A stretch of DNA of 64,000 bases, the filler included, from Perkinsus olseni (taxonomy: Eukaryota), in NCBI GenBank assembly GCA_013115125.1. It is 7 parts of 7 records of this genome, joined end to end, with 100 filler letters (N's around TTAATTAATTAA, not from the genome) between each part and the next. Parts side by side here need not be neighbours in the genome. Positions count along the whole stretch, not along the records: positions 1 to 9,182 come from JABANN010000926.1; positions 9,283 to 18,457 come from JABANN010000927.1; 5 more parts are not named here. One strand, 5' to 3'. Each line of letters starts with the position of its first letter. Positions within the stretch are counted from its first letter, which is position 1. Positions 1 to 12,499 of this stretch are shown piece after piece. The notes below the pieces were generated by a model. It saw only the letters and a program-made list of their open reading frames with translations, was not told the origin of the DNA and did no database searches. The position numbers were made by a program, and so were the translations under genes.

Positions 1-16
1 CAAGGCGGCGGCTCGA

Positions 17-2659
17 TTGCGCTCAGCCTCGCGCAATAATCGCCGTTCGAGGTCGCAAACCCCTTCGCAGCGCCGGTCCGGGAGAGGCGAACGTCCGAGC
101 ACATCCGTGACTAGAACAAGAAGTCAGCCACGGCTTCCGAACGAACGTGATGAGCTGGCACCTGCTCTCGCGGAGTCCCGAAGTTCAAGCTTAGCCGACG
201 ATTTCGCAGCTGAACTTGAAGCATGGGGGAGGAGCTCTATGGCTCACTTGCTCGAGAGCCGCACCGCACTCCGTCAACCCCCGGTGAGGGGCAGCGTCAA
301 TGCGAAGCACAGCTCTAGCGGAAGCATGCAGACTAAGGTTGCCGACGACTCCTTGTCCCGCATCCTGACGGATGAGCTTTTAGGGACTAGGAACAAATAC
401 CAGTCCCCACACTCCCGTAGCGGAGAGGGTCTGCGAAAGGCGAGCAGGGAGCGCCATGGCGGAGCAGAGAGTAAAGGACAAGATGCTCGTGTGGCGGGTC
501 TGGGTTCATTGCGCAGTCTTGAGCTCGATGACTCCGTGCTGTCGCTCCCCGGCCCTCACCGTCGTTCTGATCGCAGTCTTGTCATCGATCCCAGCCCGCC
601 TAGTTCCGACGGCGAGAGCTCGATGGAAAAGATATATGCTGAGCTGATGTCTTTGGAATCTGCTGCTCTACCCCTCACCAACCAGAGAGGTCTTGGTCCC
701 GACTCGATGCGGGACTCAGAACCATCCCGACCATTACCATATCCTCGTGAACTGACTTCAACTCTTGAGGATATGAAGGGCCTGGTTGAAGCTAACCTGG
801 GCCCATGGCCGACGGACGATCTGCCAAGCCTGAAGCCTGAAGGGTCAGATAACTCCGACCGAAGGAGATCATACGGCGAGTTGAAGAGGGAGGCCATGCG
901 GCACAGTCGTTATTCAGATTTGATGAGCTCCCAGAGAGATGGCAGCCTTGATATTTCCCTGGACCTCGGTTCAAATCTTGATGCCATCGTCTCGGATTCC
1001 ATCGACCACGAAGAAGGTCCCGATAGCGTCTCAGTGCGACCGAGTTCTTCCAATTCATCGGACGCTCGAAGCTCAGAGCAAGCCGAAGCCTCGGACGAGC
1101 CACCCGGCGACGACGGTGCCGGCACTGGCTTCGGTGGGGCAGCGAGCGAACGTTCGAAACGGACGCTGTCGACTTCCGTGGTGAGTGCCGCTAGGAAGTC
1201 CCAAATAATCGATATGCTCCTCAACCGGCCTTCAAGGCAAACTGGGGGAGCTGGGATAGGTTCGCAGAGCTCCAGCGGGATGAGTAGCGAGACCGGACCT
1301 CCACCTGATGCTCGGCCTGTGGAGCCGCAGGATCGTGCCTCCGCGATCGAGACAGGAGGGCAAGGTGTACAGCATGCCGTCGCAGATTCCAAAGTTTCAG
1401 CTCAGACTGCCGTGAGTAGCAGCGCCCGCTCTGGCATGGAAGAGTCCTGCAACTCGTGCCCAGGCGGTGTGTCGGGTGAAGGGGACATCGAGGACACACC
1501 AGGGAAGCTGAGCCCCAGTGTGGCATCTCCTCCCTCGGGAGAATCACAGGCTGGTACTGCAGAAAGTCCTGCACTGGTCAGAACGTCGGCTCCCACGGCA
1601 GCTCTGGGCAATCCCGTGCAGCGTGAACCTCGAGACGACACGGGCCTTCCCCCGAGCCACCCAGCGAGCCTACAGATGCTGCCGAAAGCCTCGCTGTCAA
1701 AGGCTGTGCCAGCGTCGTCCGTACAGTCACAAACATCTATGGAGAGTGATGAATCAAGCTCGGCACAATCGCCGCAGGAAAGGCCTCAATCGAGAGACAT
1801 GAGGAGAACCCCGATCGAGTCGTCCCCAGTGGACCCCTGGCCACCCTCTGTCCCAGACGTGCGTCAACCCCCGCTATCACACCTTCTCCCGATTTCTAGG
1901 GATGCTCAGAAGGTCACCACTCGGGAGGGAGCTGGGCAGAGCTGCAAAGCGTACCTAGCACCTTCATCTCGGAGCTCCAACGATGGGGCCCAAGGGTACC
2001 AAAACCCCGGTCGGCAGTATCCGGCATTCTCCCCACCATCGCCGGAGGAAAGCAGCAGTGAGGAGTTACCACTACACTGTGACCCGTCATGGCTCACCAG
2101 CCCGCTAGGGAGCTCAATGAATATACTCGGTCATACCGTAACTTCCGTTGATGCTGAAGGAGACGGCGAGGCATCCTGGGCTGTTGCGGCTACGGACCCA
2201 TACCGACTGCAAGACGGTTCCTTGGTCTGGCAATGCGTCGTCAGGTCACTTCGTCTCGGCACCTCGTCGGGTGTGAGCTCAGTGGGTCTCGGCATCGGTC
2301 TCTGCTCCAATCCCATTGGGACAGTCGGTTGCACGACGGCATCAAAATTGCCTTCCTCGGTAATGCTGGGTTACGAGTGTACCGGGGTATTCGTGGATGG
2401 TGCACTGCGGACTGCCACTAATGTGGCTCGAGAGCAGTGGGCACAAAATCTCGAGGCTGGTGACATCATTACCCTGGTACGGAATCGCGGTGAGCTTCAA
2501 GTGTGGGTCAACTGGACGAAGGTCCAATCCGAGACGCTACAGTCCAACCCTTTCAAGGATCCACATCTGGTGGTTGAGCTTGTAGGGGCTGTAGCGAGCA
2601 TCAGCCTCCACGGTCATGACCAAATCAAGCTCTCGGCACACAGGCTGAAGGCTTACTGA
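17..2659 (+). CDS. Intronless protein with a long S/P-rich disordered N-terminus and a C-terminal NHR (neuralized)/SPRY-like beta-sandwich domain; true start uncertain, may lie upstream of the window
   Basis: 880-aa ORF; C-terminus LEAGDIITLVRNRGELQVWVN...PHLVVELVGAVASISL fits the NHR pattern (GDxIxL...GxLxxxVNG...PxxxVVxLxG). Confidence 0.7.
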   Translation: MRSASRNNRRSRSQTPSQRRSGRGERPSTSVTRTRSQPRLPNERDELAPALAESRSSSLADDFAAELEAWGRSSMAHLLESRTALRQPPVRGSVNAKHSSSGSMQTKVADDSLSRILTDELLGTRNKYQSPHSRSGEGLRKASRERHGGAESKGQDARVAGLGSLRSLELDDSVLSLPGPHRRSDRSLVIDPSPPSSDGESSMEKIYAELMSLESAALPLTNQRGLGPDSMRDSEPSRPLPYPRELTSTLEDMKGLVEANLGPWPTDDLPSLKPEGSDNSDRRRSYGELKREAMRHSRYSDLMSSQRDGSLDISLDLGSNLDAIVSDSIDHEEGPDSVSVRPSSSNSSDARSSEQAEASDEPPGDDGAGTGFGGAASERSKRTLSTSVVSAARKSQIIDMLLNRPSRQTGGAGIGSQSSSGMSSETGPPPDARPVEPQDRASAIETGGQGVQHAVADSKVSAQTAVSSSARSGMEESCNSCPGGVSGEGDIEDTPGKLSPSVASPPSGESQAGTAESPALVRTSAPTAALGNPVQREPRDDTGLPPSHPASLQMLPKASLSKAVPASSVQSQTSMESDESSSAQSPQERPQSRDMRRTPIESSPVDPWPPSVPDVRQPPLSHLLPISRDAQKVTTREGAGQSCKAYLAPSSRSSNDGAQGYQNPGRQYPAFSPPSPEESSSEELPLHCDPSWLTSPLGSSMNILGHTVTSVDAEGDGEASWAVAATDPYRLQDGSLVWQCVVRSLRLGTSSGVSSVGLGIGLCSNPIGTVGCTTASKLPSSVMLGYECTGVFVDGALRTATNVAREQWAQNLEAGDIITLVRNRGELQVWVNWTKVQSETLQSNPFKDPHLVVELVGAVASISLHGHDQIKLSAHRLKAY

Positions 2660-3156
2660 ACCATTGCAGTGTCATTTGACGTTGGTCTGAACCGATAATT
2701 CCCACTGTTGTTTTGTAGTCCATTCAATACCGAATCCTGGGAGACGTCTGATGCTGCTACTACTAACTTGGCACCTGGTCAGGGAAAGCGGGATGTATTC
2801 TTTTGAGCAAGAATCTCCTCAGAGGGAATGGTGGCAGTCGGAACACGCGGCGATACTGAGCTGAAGTCGCCAGACTGTGGTGGTCAATGTAGGTCTCGCC
2901 CTTTCGCGGATGGTTGTGCATGCGGGGTCATCACTCCGGGGACGTGCTCTCCTGCGCACTCGATAGCGACGCGCATGGGCCGATGCGAGTCTACGCCGGC
3001 AGTACCCTACTAAGTATTCCCTGAACCTGCTTTGAATTATGAGAGGCCGATTGAAACACTGAACGCCGAGGGAAAGACAATGCATGATTTCCTCACTACT
3101 CTCACATTCGCCTCTGGCTTCTGAATTTTGAAGGCTTTTAGGCTTTTGTTGCTGTA

Positions 3157-4420
3157 ATGACTGTCGACCCGAAGGAACTCGTTGAGCGAGGCTGGGGTCC
3201 TGAAGCTCCGGCGAACTACACTAGGAAAGACGTCATCCTGTATGGCCTAGGAGTGGGGGCATCGGAGCTGAGATACATCTATGAGAACAACGACGAGTTC
3301 GCCCCGCTGCCTTCAATGCCCTTCGGTAGGTGTCGCATCTCTCGGCTTGCGACATACAAGCCTCCTGGCAGCCCTCACTTTCAAGGGAGGCAACTCTGCC
3401 GACGTCCTCCCTTTTCCCCCACAGCACTTCATGGGTGCCATCGGCCAGATTCCGCCTCAGGGTAGGTGCTGATGCATCAGGTGTGGTGCTTGTCGTCTTC
3501 ATAGGACCGGTGTTGGATGGCGAGAGGTCGCTCACCCTCCTCAAGCAGCTGCCAACTTCGACTAACAGCTGGGCTATGAGGAGCAGAGTCACCGCAGTGT
3601 CGCAGAAGCGCTCTGGGGTGAGTCGGCGACAATTTGAATCTGCTATGCTGTGCCGTAGGTCGTCGTGGAGTCCGAGACCGTCATCGTCGATAAGGATACG
3701 GGAGAGGAGTAACCCTGTTCTCCTCTTTTCTTCGATCCTTCATCCCGCAGATGCGCTCGTCTGGGCAACTCAGTCTTCTACGTCGGAGTCAAGGGCTTGC
3801 AGTCAGCGGGAGAACCGTCCAAGGTTGTTGTCGAAATCCCCCAGCGACCCGCAGACAGGGAGGTTTCCGAGATCATAAGTACCTCCTCTTCCCGCCCATC
3901 TCGTCGTCCACACTCCTCGTGCTCTCAGCGTTGGAGCGAGTTCAGACGTACCGCCTCAGCGGAGACTACAACCCACTACACGTTGATGACGATGTCGCGA
4001 AGGTTGGTGGGTCCTATGCCTGTGAACGGCCAGGTCTTCCTCAGGCGTTTGGCTTCCCTCGTGCTATCGTGCATGGTTTGTGCACCCTCGGGCATTCTGT
4101 TCGTCGCGTTATCAAGGAGTTCGCCAACGGCGATCCCGGGGAAGTCCGCGGTGAGTTCTGCGTTCCTCTCATCATTGTTGCATCCTTTATTGTCAGGAAT
4201 ACGATGCCGCTTCTCCAAGCCCGTCCTCATAGGCGAGCAGATCACTACCAAAATGTGGCGCGTCGACATCACGAAGGTTCTCTTCAGGACGTGCAAATAC
4301 TCGGTATCACATGTTGTGATGCGGTGGTGCATGGCCGCTTGTGTTCAGGACGGGAAAGAAGTTATTTGCTTGGACGGAGGCGTTATCAATTTTTCTTCAA
4401 ACAATCCTTCGAGAATGTGA
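3157..4420 (+). CDS. ECH2: Peroxisomal enoyl-CoA hydratase 2 (MaoC / double hot-dog, HSD17B4 hydratase-like), multi-exon
   Basis: Exon peptides YTRKDVILYGLGVGA..ELRYIYEN, hydratase-2 motif YRLSGDYNPLHVD, IVHGLCTLG and RFSKPVLIGE; ends in PTS1 tripeptide SRM-stop; GT-AG introns. Confidence 0.88.
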
Positions 4421-5005
4421 TCTGAGTATTAGTTCGACAGTCTTTTCCTTCTCAAAAAAATTGTCCCTTGTGTTCCTTGCGATAACGAGTTTGGTACACA
4501 TACTGACACAGAACATCGCTCAAAACCATTGAGGCCATGTTAGTAACGACAGTCAACGAACATCTCGATTCCCGGGTGCATGCTGAGTTCGGTAGTCACA
4601 AGATACCTAACTCGTTATATTCCACAATATTGCTAGTGACCCTCTGGAGTAGCGATGCGGTAGCCCTGCTCAGAACTCTTAACTTTCACTGTTCCCTCGC
4701 GCTGTAACGCTTTGGTACTACGAAAAGCAGGTTTGACTCTGACAGTGTTTACTACACTTCTCGATGAGAAGTTCTCATAATCTTCACATTAGCTGGTGGC
4801 GTTGAGCTTGCCGTAGATAAGGCGATCCGGGCACTACTTGACACACGGGCATCGCCCGGCAGAGATGTGTGACCTCACTGATAGTTGTGAAGCGTCTCCA
4901 TACATGCGCTCTCCACGGCATGCAAAGTCGCATTGAAAACAGCCTGTCGAGCGTGGAACTCGGCGATATTTCCAACTCTGGTCCATCGATCGCCTTAGAC
5001 GAGCG

Positions 5006-5887
5006 ATGATGTATCCGCCGCTCGAATAACCGAATTCCGCTTCCCTTCCCTAGAGCCGTCGACTAAACAGCTCATCACCGTGGCTGCCGCTGGTGTTGCA
5101 TTGGTATCAAGCCTACCCCTCGGTAAAGCTATCGGCTCAGTATCCCCTGACGACGTGAGAGTTCTCCACGGCAGTACGACGATTGTTNNNNNNNNNNNNN
5201 NNNNNNNNNNNNNNNNNNNNNNNNNNNNNNNNNNNNNNNNNNNNNNNNNNNNNNNNNNNNNNNNNNNNNNNNNNNNNNNNNNAGCCTACCCCTCGGTAAA
5301 GCTATCGGCTCAGTATCCCCTGACGACGTGAGAGTTCTCCACGGCAGTACGACGATTGTTGCCATCCCGTGTCTCCCTATTTCAGGACTTCATTCCGCTA
5401 GTGAACAGACTGCTCTCAACGGAAGATTATCGCACCATTTGTATGCACGAGCGCGGAGATAAAAACACTACTGGGTGGGAATCGTTAAATGTTCACGTCT
5501 CGAAGGGCCTCGGAGTACGGACACGTTACATCGCTTGTCCGAAGACCGATGAGTGGAGTGCATTCCGCATCGAATTGTAAGACAAACGATATCGGAAACT
5601 TCAAATTTCGCTCTTTTTGGTGCAGTCCCAGGGCTAAACCAGGCGATACTTCACGTCCTGATCCGTTGAGGAAACTGAACAAGTCCACCTTCGGCGGAAT
5701 CTTGGATGCAGTAGACCCTTATGTTAGAGGGAAGCATGGCGGCATGAGCACGTACGCCAACCTCGAATTTGTTGTCCGAACAGGCTCCCCCCTCTGTTTG
5801 CTTGTGAGGGAGGCCATGAAGAATCAGTATGGTACGTTCAAAAACCTGTGTCGTAAGTACTACAAATTAATCGGCCAAAAGCGGTAA
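5006..5887 (+). CDS. Secreted lineage-specific protein, paralogue A (5' end uncertain, interrupted by N gap)
   Basis: Signal-like LITVAAAGVALVSSL; exons DFIPLV...ICMHERG...IACPKTDEW and ...CLLVREAMKNQYGTFKNLCRKYY align with 7581-8431. Confidence 0.65.
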
Positions 5888-7580
5888 CTGGAGGCTGGAG
5901 AGCGAACACAGAAGCGCATGGGCTAGTAATTGAGATGGAATATACTCTCTGTTCACTATTTATCTAGCTTTTTTATCATTGGTGAGTCGCCTTGTGATGT
6001 TGTGTGCTGTTCCCCAATTGTTGCGTTCAAGTGTACTCAGAGTGTACAGGAACTTCCTGCGAGGAAGAATGCAAGGAAGTACAGGATATAAGGTAGGTTG
6101 TGGCCGTTGCCGTTCGGGTGGAACTCGTCGGCCCCTCGAACCGGTCAGCTAAGCGACGCTTAGTAAGCGTTGCTCTCTACGCCAGTAAGAATAGCACAAT
6201 GACATAGTCACCGTGACGCGAGGGTGCCCAACTGGATACTGCTTCAAGATCCGCGAACCGCCGGCCTCTACAGACTTTCCTATCAGGGTTCCAAGGCGAC
6301 TCGGACGATATCCGAAATCTTAGCTTCTCATACCCTCTTGCAGTTGGCATATTGTGAAGACTCCATCTGTGGTGCCCAACTCTATGAACTCCTCGCAGAA
6401 GGCTGATATTCCCGAAACTGGCTCATTCTCGGATTCTCATCCCATACATTCAAGTATGAGTGTTCATTCCGTTGCGATCGCAAACGCTGAGCTCACGCGC
6501 CGAGTCTCAGCGGCTGACACACTTCGTCCGTGTCCTAGGGAAGCGGCGAAGGAGTTGGGCGAAGGTTAAGTTACTCGAACATTCCGCTCCTCGAAGATAG
6601 CGACTGAGATGAGCGCCGTGGGTTTCCTGTTATATCTCGATTTTGTCCGTCCTCGCATCCCTTTCGGCCTCCCTACGTCCGCGAGCTCTCAAGGATATTG
6701 GAATTATATGTAGGATGAAACTTCTGACTACGGGGATTGGGAGTCGGGGCGGTGGCCGCGACGGACCTGAAGGCAGTAAGGGCAACAAGGGGAGACAGCG
6801 TCTCCGAGTCTCCGAGACACTGACTGCCCTCCCTGTGGCCTTGCGCCAACAGTTCCTGCGTTTGGCTGCGGCCAGCGGGTACACAACCCCTGCGCGTGTA
6901 GCGGCCAGCCCAGCGAGGGCATACACCCGGATATTGGGGTAGGCCCAGGCTGGCCCGTAGTCTTGGTTAGTGGGCAGGGTGGGATTGATCGGCGCACGCT
7001 AAAATGCTGCAGTCTGGAGCAGGCACGCAGCAGGCTACGAAAATGGAGGGTAGGACGCGCAATGGCATTCCCACTGAATCTGGCTGAGTGTTTCGATACC
7101 TTTAGCGTTGAACCTTGGCGTGCCACACTCTTTCGTTTCAGCCTCGGTCGATGTGTGGCACTGAGACGCACAGAATTGTGTGGGGTCCGGTCGCGTGTGA
7201 GTATAGTCGCATTACCTGGGCCAGGTAACGTGGCACCACACAGGAGACCACGACCTGGTTAGTCACGGCTCGATGTCGTCGGAAATATTCGATTGTGCGC
7301 TCGGATGATCGCTCAATTATTTGGGCGATCTCTATAGTTTCTGGCGGGGTTTTTCATACAGCGCAAGTTTACCGTTTCCAGGAAACATCCACTTCCTTCG
7401 CTTTCTTATGGTTGCCATCATTCGTTTTTCGTCCGTTGTGGGGCTCGCCTCGGCTTTAGCTCTACAATCATCGTCTTANNNNNNNNNNNNNNNNNNNNNN
7501 NNNNNNNNNNNNNNNNNNNNNNNNNNNNNNNNNNNNNNNNNNNNNNNNNNNNNNNNNNNNNNNNNNNNNNNNNCGTTCTT

Positions 7581-8431
7581 ATGGTTGCCATCATTCGTTT
7601 TTCGTCCGTTGTGGGGCTCGCCTCGGCTTTAGCTCTACAATCATCGTCTTACTCCCAGGTGGGACGCTTGTGGGCTCGCTTCTTGCACATTGTATCGGTC
7701 AGGCTGGCCCATTCAATAGTTGGAGAGAAGTTGGGGGCAGGAAACAGAGTGGGGGAGAAGTTGGGGGCAGGAAAGAGAGTGGGGGACAGGTGTCGGGGAG
7801 GAAGATGAACGACTCCGATGAAATTCCGGACGTTGATGGCTCCGATGAGATCCCGGACGTTAATGCCTCCGATGAGATTCCGGAAGAGGTTGGGTTTGAC
7901 GAGGACGGCAAGGGTCCAGTATCTTCCTCTCTCAGGACTTCATTCCGCTAGTGAGTCCGGAGATATCGACGAGGGATCGCCGTTACATCTGTAAGCACGA
8001 GCGCGGAAAAGAATATACGGATGACTGGGAATCGTTGGATGTTCACGTTTTAAAGGGCATCGGAGTACGGACACGTTGGATCGCTTGTCCGAAGACCGAC
8101 GAGTGGGATGCATTCCGTATCCAGTTGTAAGTCATACGATACCGAAAGCTCTGAACGTTGCTCTTTTTGTTGCAGTGGCTGGGCTGAGCCAGGCGATGGT
8201 GCAGGCTCGGATCCGCTGAGTAGCCTCGACGATTCCACTTTTCGCGGAATATTGGACACACTGTACCCTCCTGTTAAAGGGGGTCATGACCACGCATTTA
8301 CTGAATCTATCGTAGCGCTTCATAGCTCGCTAGGCCAATACGTCTGCCCGCTGGTGCGTAAGGCGATGAAAAGGGAGTACGGTACATTTATCAACCTGTG
8401 TCGTAAGTACTACCCATTACGCCGCCAATAG
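7581..8431 (+). CDS. Secreted lineage-specific protein, paralogue B, with short internal repeats
   Basis: Signal peptide MVAIIRFSSVVGLASALA; repeats EVGGRKxSGG and SDEIPDV; same last two intron positions and NLCRKYY C-terminal motif as 5385-5887. Confidence 0.75.
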
Positions 8432-8759
8432 TACTAACTGAGAGTTGGCAAACGCATAAAGAAGCGCAGGAGCCAGCAATCATGATCGGAAGAGCTCCCC
8501 GCTCATTATTTATCAAGCCTCATTATTTTATCATTTACATTGCTTATTATTTAATCAAGCCGCTTAATCATCCGTGAGTCGCCTTATGATGTCGTGTGCA
8601 GCTCCCCAATTGTTGCGTTCAAGTGTACTCAAAGTGTACAGAAAGACTATAAGGGAGTACAGGATATAGGGTACGTCGTGGCAGCTTCGCCACTGGCATT
8701 CGGGTAGGGCCCGTGGACTCCTCGAACTGATTCAGCCAAGTAGGACTTACTAAGCCGTG

Positions 8760-8945
8760 GCATGATGACCCTCATACTTGATCGCGATGAGTGAAAAACG
8801 TTGATTGGCTGGGCGAAGGCTCAATCGTAGGGGCTTCAGTCCAGCACTATCAGCGATCCACATGTGGTTGTTGAGATCGTGGGAGCTGTAGCGAGCATCA
8901 GCCTCCACGCCCATCATCAGGTATGAGTCTCATCACATAGATTGG
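8760..8945 (+). pseudogene. Decayed remnant of the NHR-domain 3' end of the 17..2659 gene
   Basis: gatccacatgtggttgttgagatcgtgggagctgtagcgagcatcagcctccacg (~8855-8909) closely matches 2558-2612; not part of a long ORF. Confidence 0.7.
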
Positions 8946-9182
8946 ATCAGTGCCTGGGATACGAGTGCTCCTTTGCGAGACCTTTCTGGTTCTCCCGTCT
9001 ACAAGCAGCTGTTAGTCGAAACGTCTTTTCGTCAAATCACTGTTTGTGTTCCTCACAACTGGGAGTTTTGTATCACTGGTAACACAAGCCGCAACAGCCG
9101 TACATCACGGAGGGCACAATCGTGACGGCAATAAACATAGCAAGAGGCATGCCACTCAATCCACAACGAGGACTTCGACCGA

Positions 9183-9282
9183 NNNNNNNNNNNNNNNNNN
9201 NNNNNNNNNNNNNNNNNNNNNNNNNNTTAATTAATTAANNNNNNNNNNNNNNNNNNNNNNNNNNNNNNNNNNNNNNNNNNNN
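9183..9282. other. Artificial contig linker N-TTAATTAATTAA-N (also at 18458-18557, 27729-27828, 36993-37092, 46245-46343, 55482-55581)
   Basis: Same all-frame-stop spacer at ~9.27-kb intervals. Confidence 0.97.
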
Positions 9283-9440
9283 GGGGTAGTTCTGGTCGGT
9301 TTTTCCTTAGAGCCGGTCGTCGCCGGGGGATTTGTGCGCTCGCCCGGGGCCCTGCACAGGCTCGCTGATGTGTCGCTTGCGCGACAGTTTATGGTTTTTG
9401 GCAAACCCGGCGCCTTACCACCAAGTGGCTCTACTTGCAG

Positions 9441-9905
9441 AAGTATACCGACAAGCTTGATGGAGGAGCGACTAACCTCGGTGATGTGGTCTTCTCTGCG
9501 AACAACTCGGCAGCAAAACGATTCTGCTCGGGTGGGTGCGAGACACTGGATGAAGCAAGGCGCCTGAGAAACAAGTACTGTCTGGTTATTTATCGGACAA
9601 CAGCGGATTGGAGAAGTTCCCCACCTGATGGTCCTTGGTGCACATGCAGAATATGGGCTAAACGACTGATCTGCCCTCATGTAATATGTACAGCAGTGAC
9701 CATGGGCTGCGATGATACCCCAGAGGCAATCAGAGATTGGAGCATCATTGGTGTGGCATTTGGGCGACCTTCTCAACGGCGGACGGCACAAGGACGAATT
9801 ACCAGCCAGAGAATGCCAAGTAGCGTACGATATGGCATCAGGAAGCGACCACGGCCACCCCAAGAAGACGTTGAACCAATTGAAGAGGAGACATCAAAGA
9901 CCTAA
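9441..9905 (+). mobile_element. SWIM zinc-finger-containing terminal exon, likely the C-terminus of a Mutator/MULE transposase
   Basis: WCTCRIWAKRLICPHVIC = SWIM CxC-xn-CxH; acceptor TTGCAG at 9440; basic tail; hairpin gcgggccgaaggcccgc (~10248) and repeated cgttcggaccac (~10305-10337) downstream. Confidence 0.55.
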
Positions 9906-10560
9906 CTCGAAGGTCAAGCTGAAGCTAAAAAGATAGAGAGAGCAACTGCAAGACGAGTCAATAAGGCCACTAATTAGTTTCGAGGGGTACGAGGCTTGAG
10001 TTCAGTCCGCGTCGAGGAGTATTACCAAAGGCGAGGAAGATTAGAAGCCACTGATAAGGAACCCCGACGCAACTAGCAGCGCCTACTAGCTTACCACAAC
10101 GAACACGGAATCCTAATTCCCGCACGCACCGAAAAGTAGCGCTCGCCCGGTAGGCACCGCACGGTCTCACGGCCAGAACGCGACAGATATTGAAGTGTAA
10201 GCATGCTTCAGGACTCGTAACCTAAGCTGTCGCGCACTAAGTCAAAAGCGGGCCGAAGGCCCGCGTCAATACCTTGCAATTTTCTCCATTACGAGCTCTG
10301 CCTACGTTCGGACCACTTTTAGCCCACGTTCGGACCACCAAGCGGGGACAGCCTGTGTCGTGGTAATCGTCTCCGTTGGTTCGGTGTTATCGGAGACGTG
10401 GATGATCTGTAAGTATTTTCTGACCCCTCTAGCTTTTGTGTGAGTATTGTGGTATTAAGAATCTTCAGGATTCATCACAGCTAGTACGGTTATGAGCTCT
10501 CCTCTCGTATTTCTTGTCTTGAATTTTTTAAGTTACTATTATTAGCAACAACAAGCAGTA

Positions 10561-11161
10561 ATGATAGCATCAACTACAGTCCGTCAATTGTTGTTGAAAG
10601 GCAAGGCTGCCATCTTAGATCCTAAGGTAATGACCATCATCAGAGTAGTAGTAGTAGTAGTTATCATCATCATGTTGTTGTTACTGTCAGATGGGTTGGA
10701 AGACTACCCACTTTTGGGGTCCTATGGCCAACTGGGGTATTGTTGCTGCTGGTGTCTTGGATATGACCACACAAGGACCTGAAATGATATCTATTCCTAT
10801 GACTGGCACCTTATGTGTATACTCCCTCCTCTTTATGAGGTTTGCATGGATGGTTCAGCCTAGGAACTATCTACTATTATCTTGTCATATATTTAACGAG
10901 GGTGTCCAATTGATACAGCTTGGTCGTGCATTGAAGTATCAGCGTGAGCAGAAGGCTCTTGCTGATCAGCGTACTCAACAGATAGCTGCTATGAGGACTA
11001 CTACCACTCCATCAACAACAGCATCTCCTACTACTACCACTCCTATGACCTCTACTAGCAAATCCATGTTCGCTGCTACCGCTGCTGGTGTTGCTGCTGC
11101 TAAGGCTACTAGTGATATAGCTTCAAAGGCAACAGCAGCAACCACTCAGGCTGCTACTACG

Positions 11162-11195
<34 letters not shown>

Positions 11196-11917
11196 AGCAT
11201 GTTGCTAAGACTGCCGCTGCTGCTACACCTGCCGCTAAGACAGCCGAGGCCGCCACTAAGGCTGCTGTTAAGGGTAAGATAGACCACATCATCATACCGC
11301 TCTTCCCCCTACTCGTCATTCCCATGTCTCGTTGGTCGTCAGGTTTCCATCCTGTTCTGATGTTGAGGAATAAGGTATGTGCCCTTCCCATGCCTGAGTT
11401 GATTCGTAAACTCCTAATGCATCCTGCTGGTCCATTCACTATCTTCTTCTGGGCACCTGCTATCAAGTGGGGTATCTCAGCGGCTAACTTGGTTGATTAT
11501 AAGAGACCCGTTGATAAGGTTAGTATTCCTCAACAACTTGCACTCTTTGCTACTGGTAAGCCAACCCTCCGTGCTGCTGCTGCTGCTGCTGCTGATGCTC
11601 ATCATCATCATCATCATCATCATCATCAATGCTTCATATCAACATTATCTCTGTTAGGCGTTATCTGGGCTAGATGGTCGTTTGTCATCACGCCTGTTAA
11701 TTACAACTTGGCCACTGTCAACGTGTGTCTGGCCGCAACTTCCTTCTATCATCTCATGAGGAAGGTGGGTCATCATTATTTTAACTTCCTCTCCTCAGTC
11801 CCCTCATGTGTTTTTCAGTTGGTGTACGATCCATTCCCTGTCGACGAGGATGATAGGAAGGCCGTGGCCAAGTCCAACAACTCCCCTGCTGTGGCCGTCG
11901 CCTCACCCAGTTCATAG
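10561..11917 (+). CDS. MPC1-MPC2: Mitochondrial pyruvate carrier, single-chain MPC1-MPC2 fusion, copy 1
   Basis: Exon 1 10561-10626, intron 10627-10690; MPC1 motifs THFWGPMANWG and PRNYLLLSCHIFNE, then A/T-rich linker, then MPC2 motifs HPAGPFTIFFWAPAIKWG and ITPVNYNLATVN in one open frame. Confidence 0.9.
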
Positions 11918-12035
11918 GTCGGTAGTCACCCTTACCAATAATAGTGTGGTGCGGATGATGGCGTCTTATTATCGTTGTGTACTACCTTCGTAGTAATCAT
12001 CATGATTGACATCATTTATATGAGTCATCATCTCT

Positions 12036-12036
<1 letters not shown>

Positions 12037-12109
<73 letters not shown>
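12037..12109. repeat. (CAT)n microsatellite
   Basis: About 24 tandem CAT units. Confidence 0.95.
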
Positions 12110-12110
<1 letters not shown>

Positions 12111-12499
12111 GTGCAAGTTTGATCATGATAGTCGCTCATCATGTTATTATCCCCCATCAACTCCTTGTCCAGCTGCAACAACAATACTGATACCCAGTGT
12201 TCTGTTCCTCATAAGTACCATTCAACACTACTACCTACAGCCAATCGGGATTATCTTGTCCTACTACTACTACTAGTGGTTAGAGCATTACACTGAGTGG
12301 ATCATCGTCGTCATTACATAGTCCACTCATCATCAACTATCGTCGTTACATTCCTACTCATTCTCCCTGTTGTTCCACTTGTTACTTTCGCATATTAACA
12401 TTATATTATTGTGTTGTCACAATGATGGTTACTGCGTGTGGGACGCTGTTGCTACTGGCAGTGTTGTTTCACCCCGTGGTGATCATCATCATCATCATC

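Noticed and set aside
456-2585. Many short overlapping ORFs within ORF 17..2659
   Set aside because: Shadow frames of a GC-rich coding region
5110-5360. Direct repeat on both sides of an N gap (also 7404-7477 versus 7577-7650)
   Set aside because: Unmerged contig overlap in scaffolding, not a real duplication
11969-12190. Poly-His / poly-Met ORFs
   Set aside because: Translation of a (CAT)n microsatellite between the MPC genes
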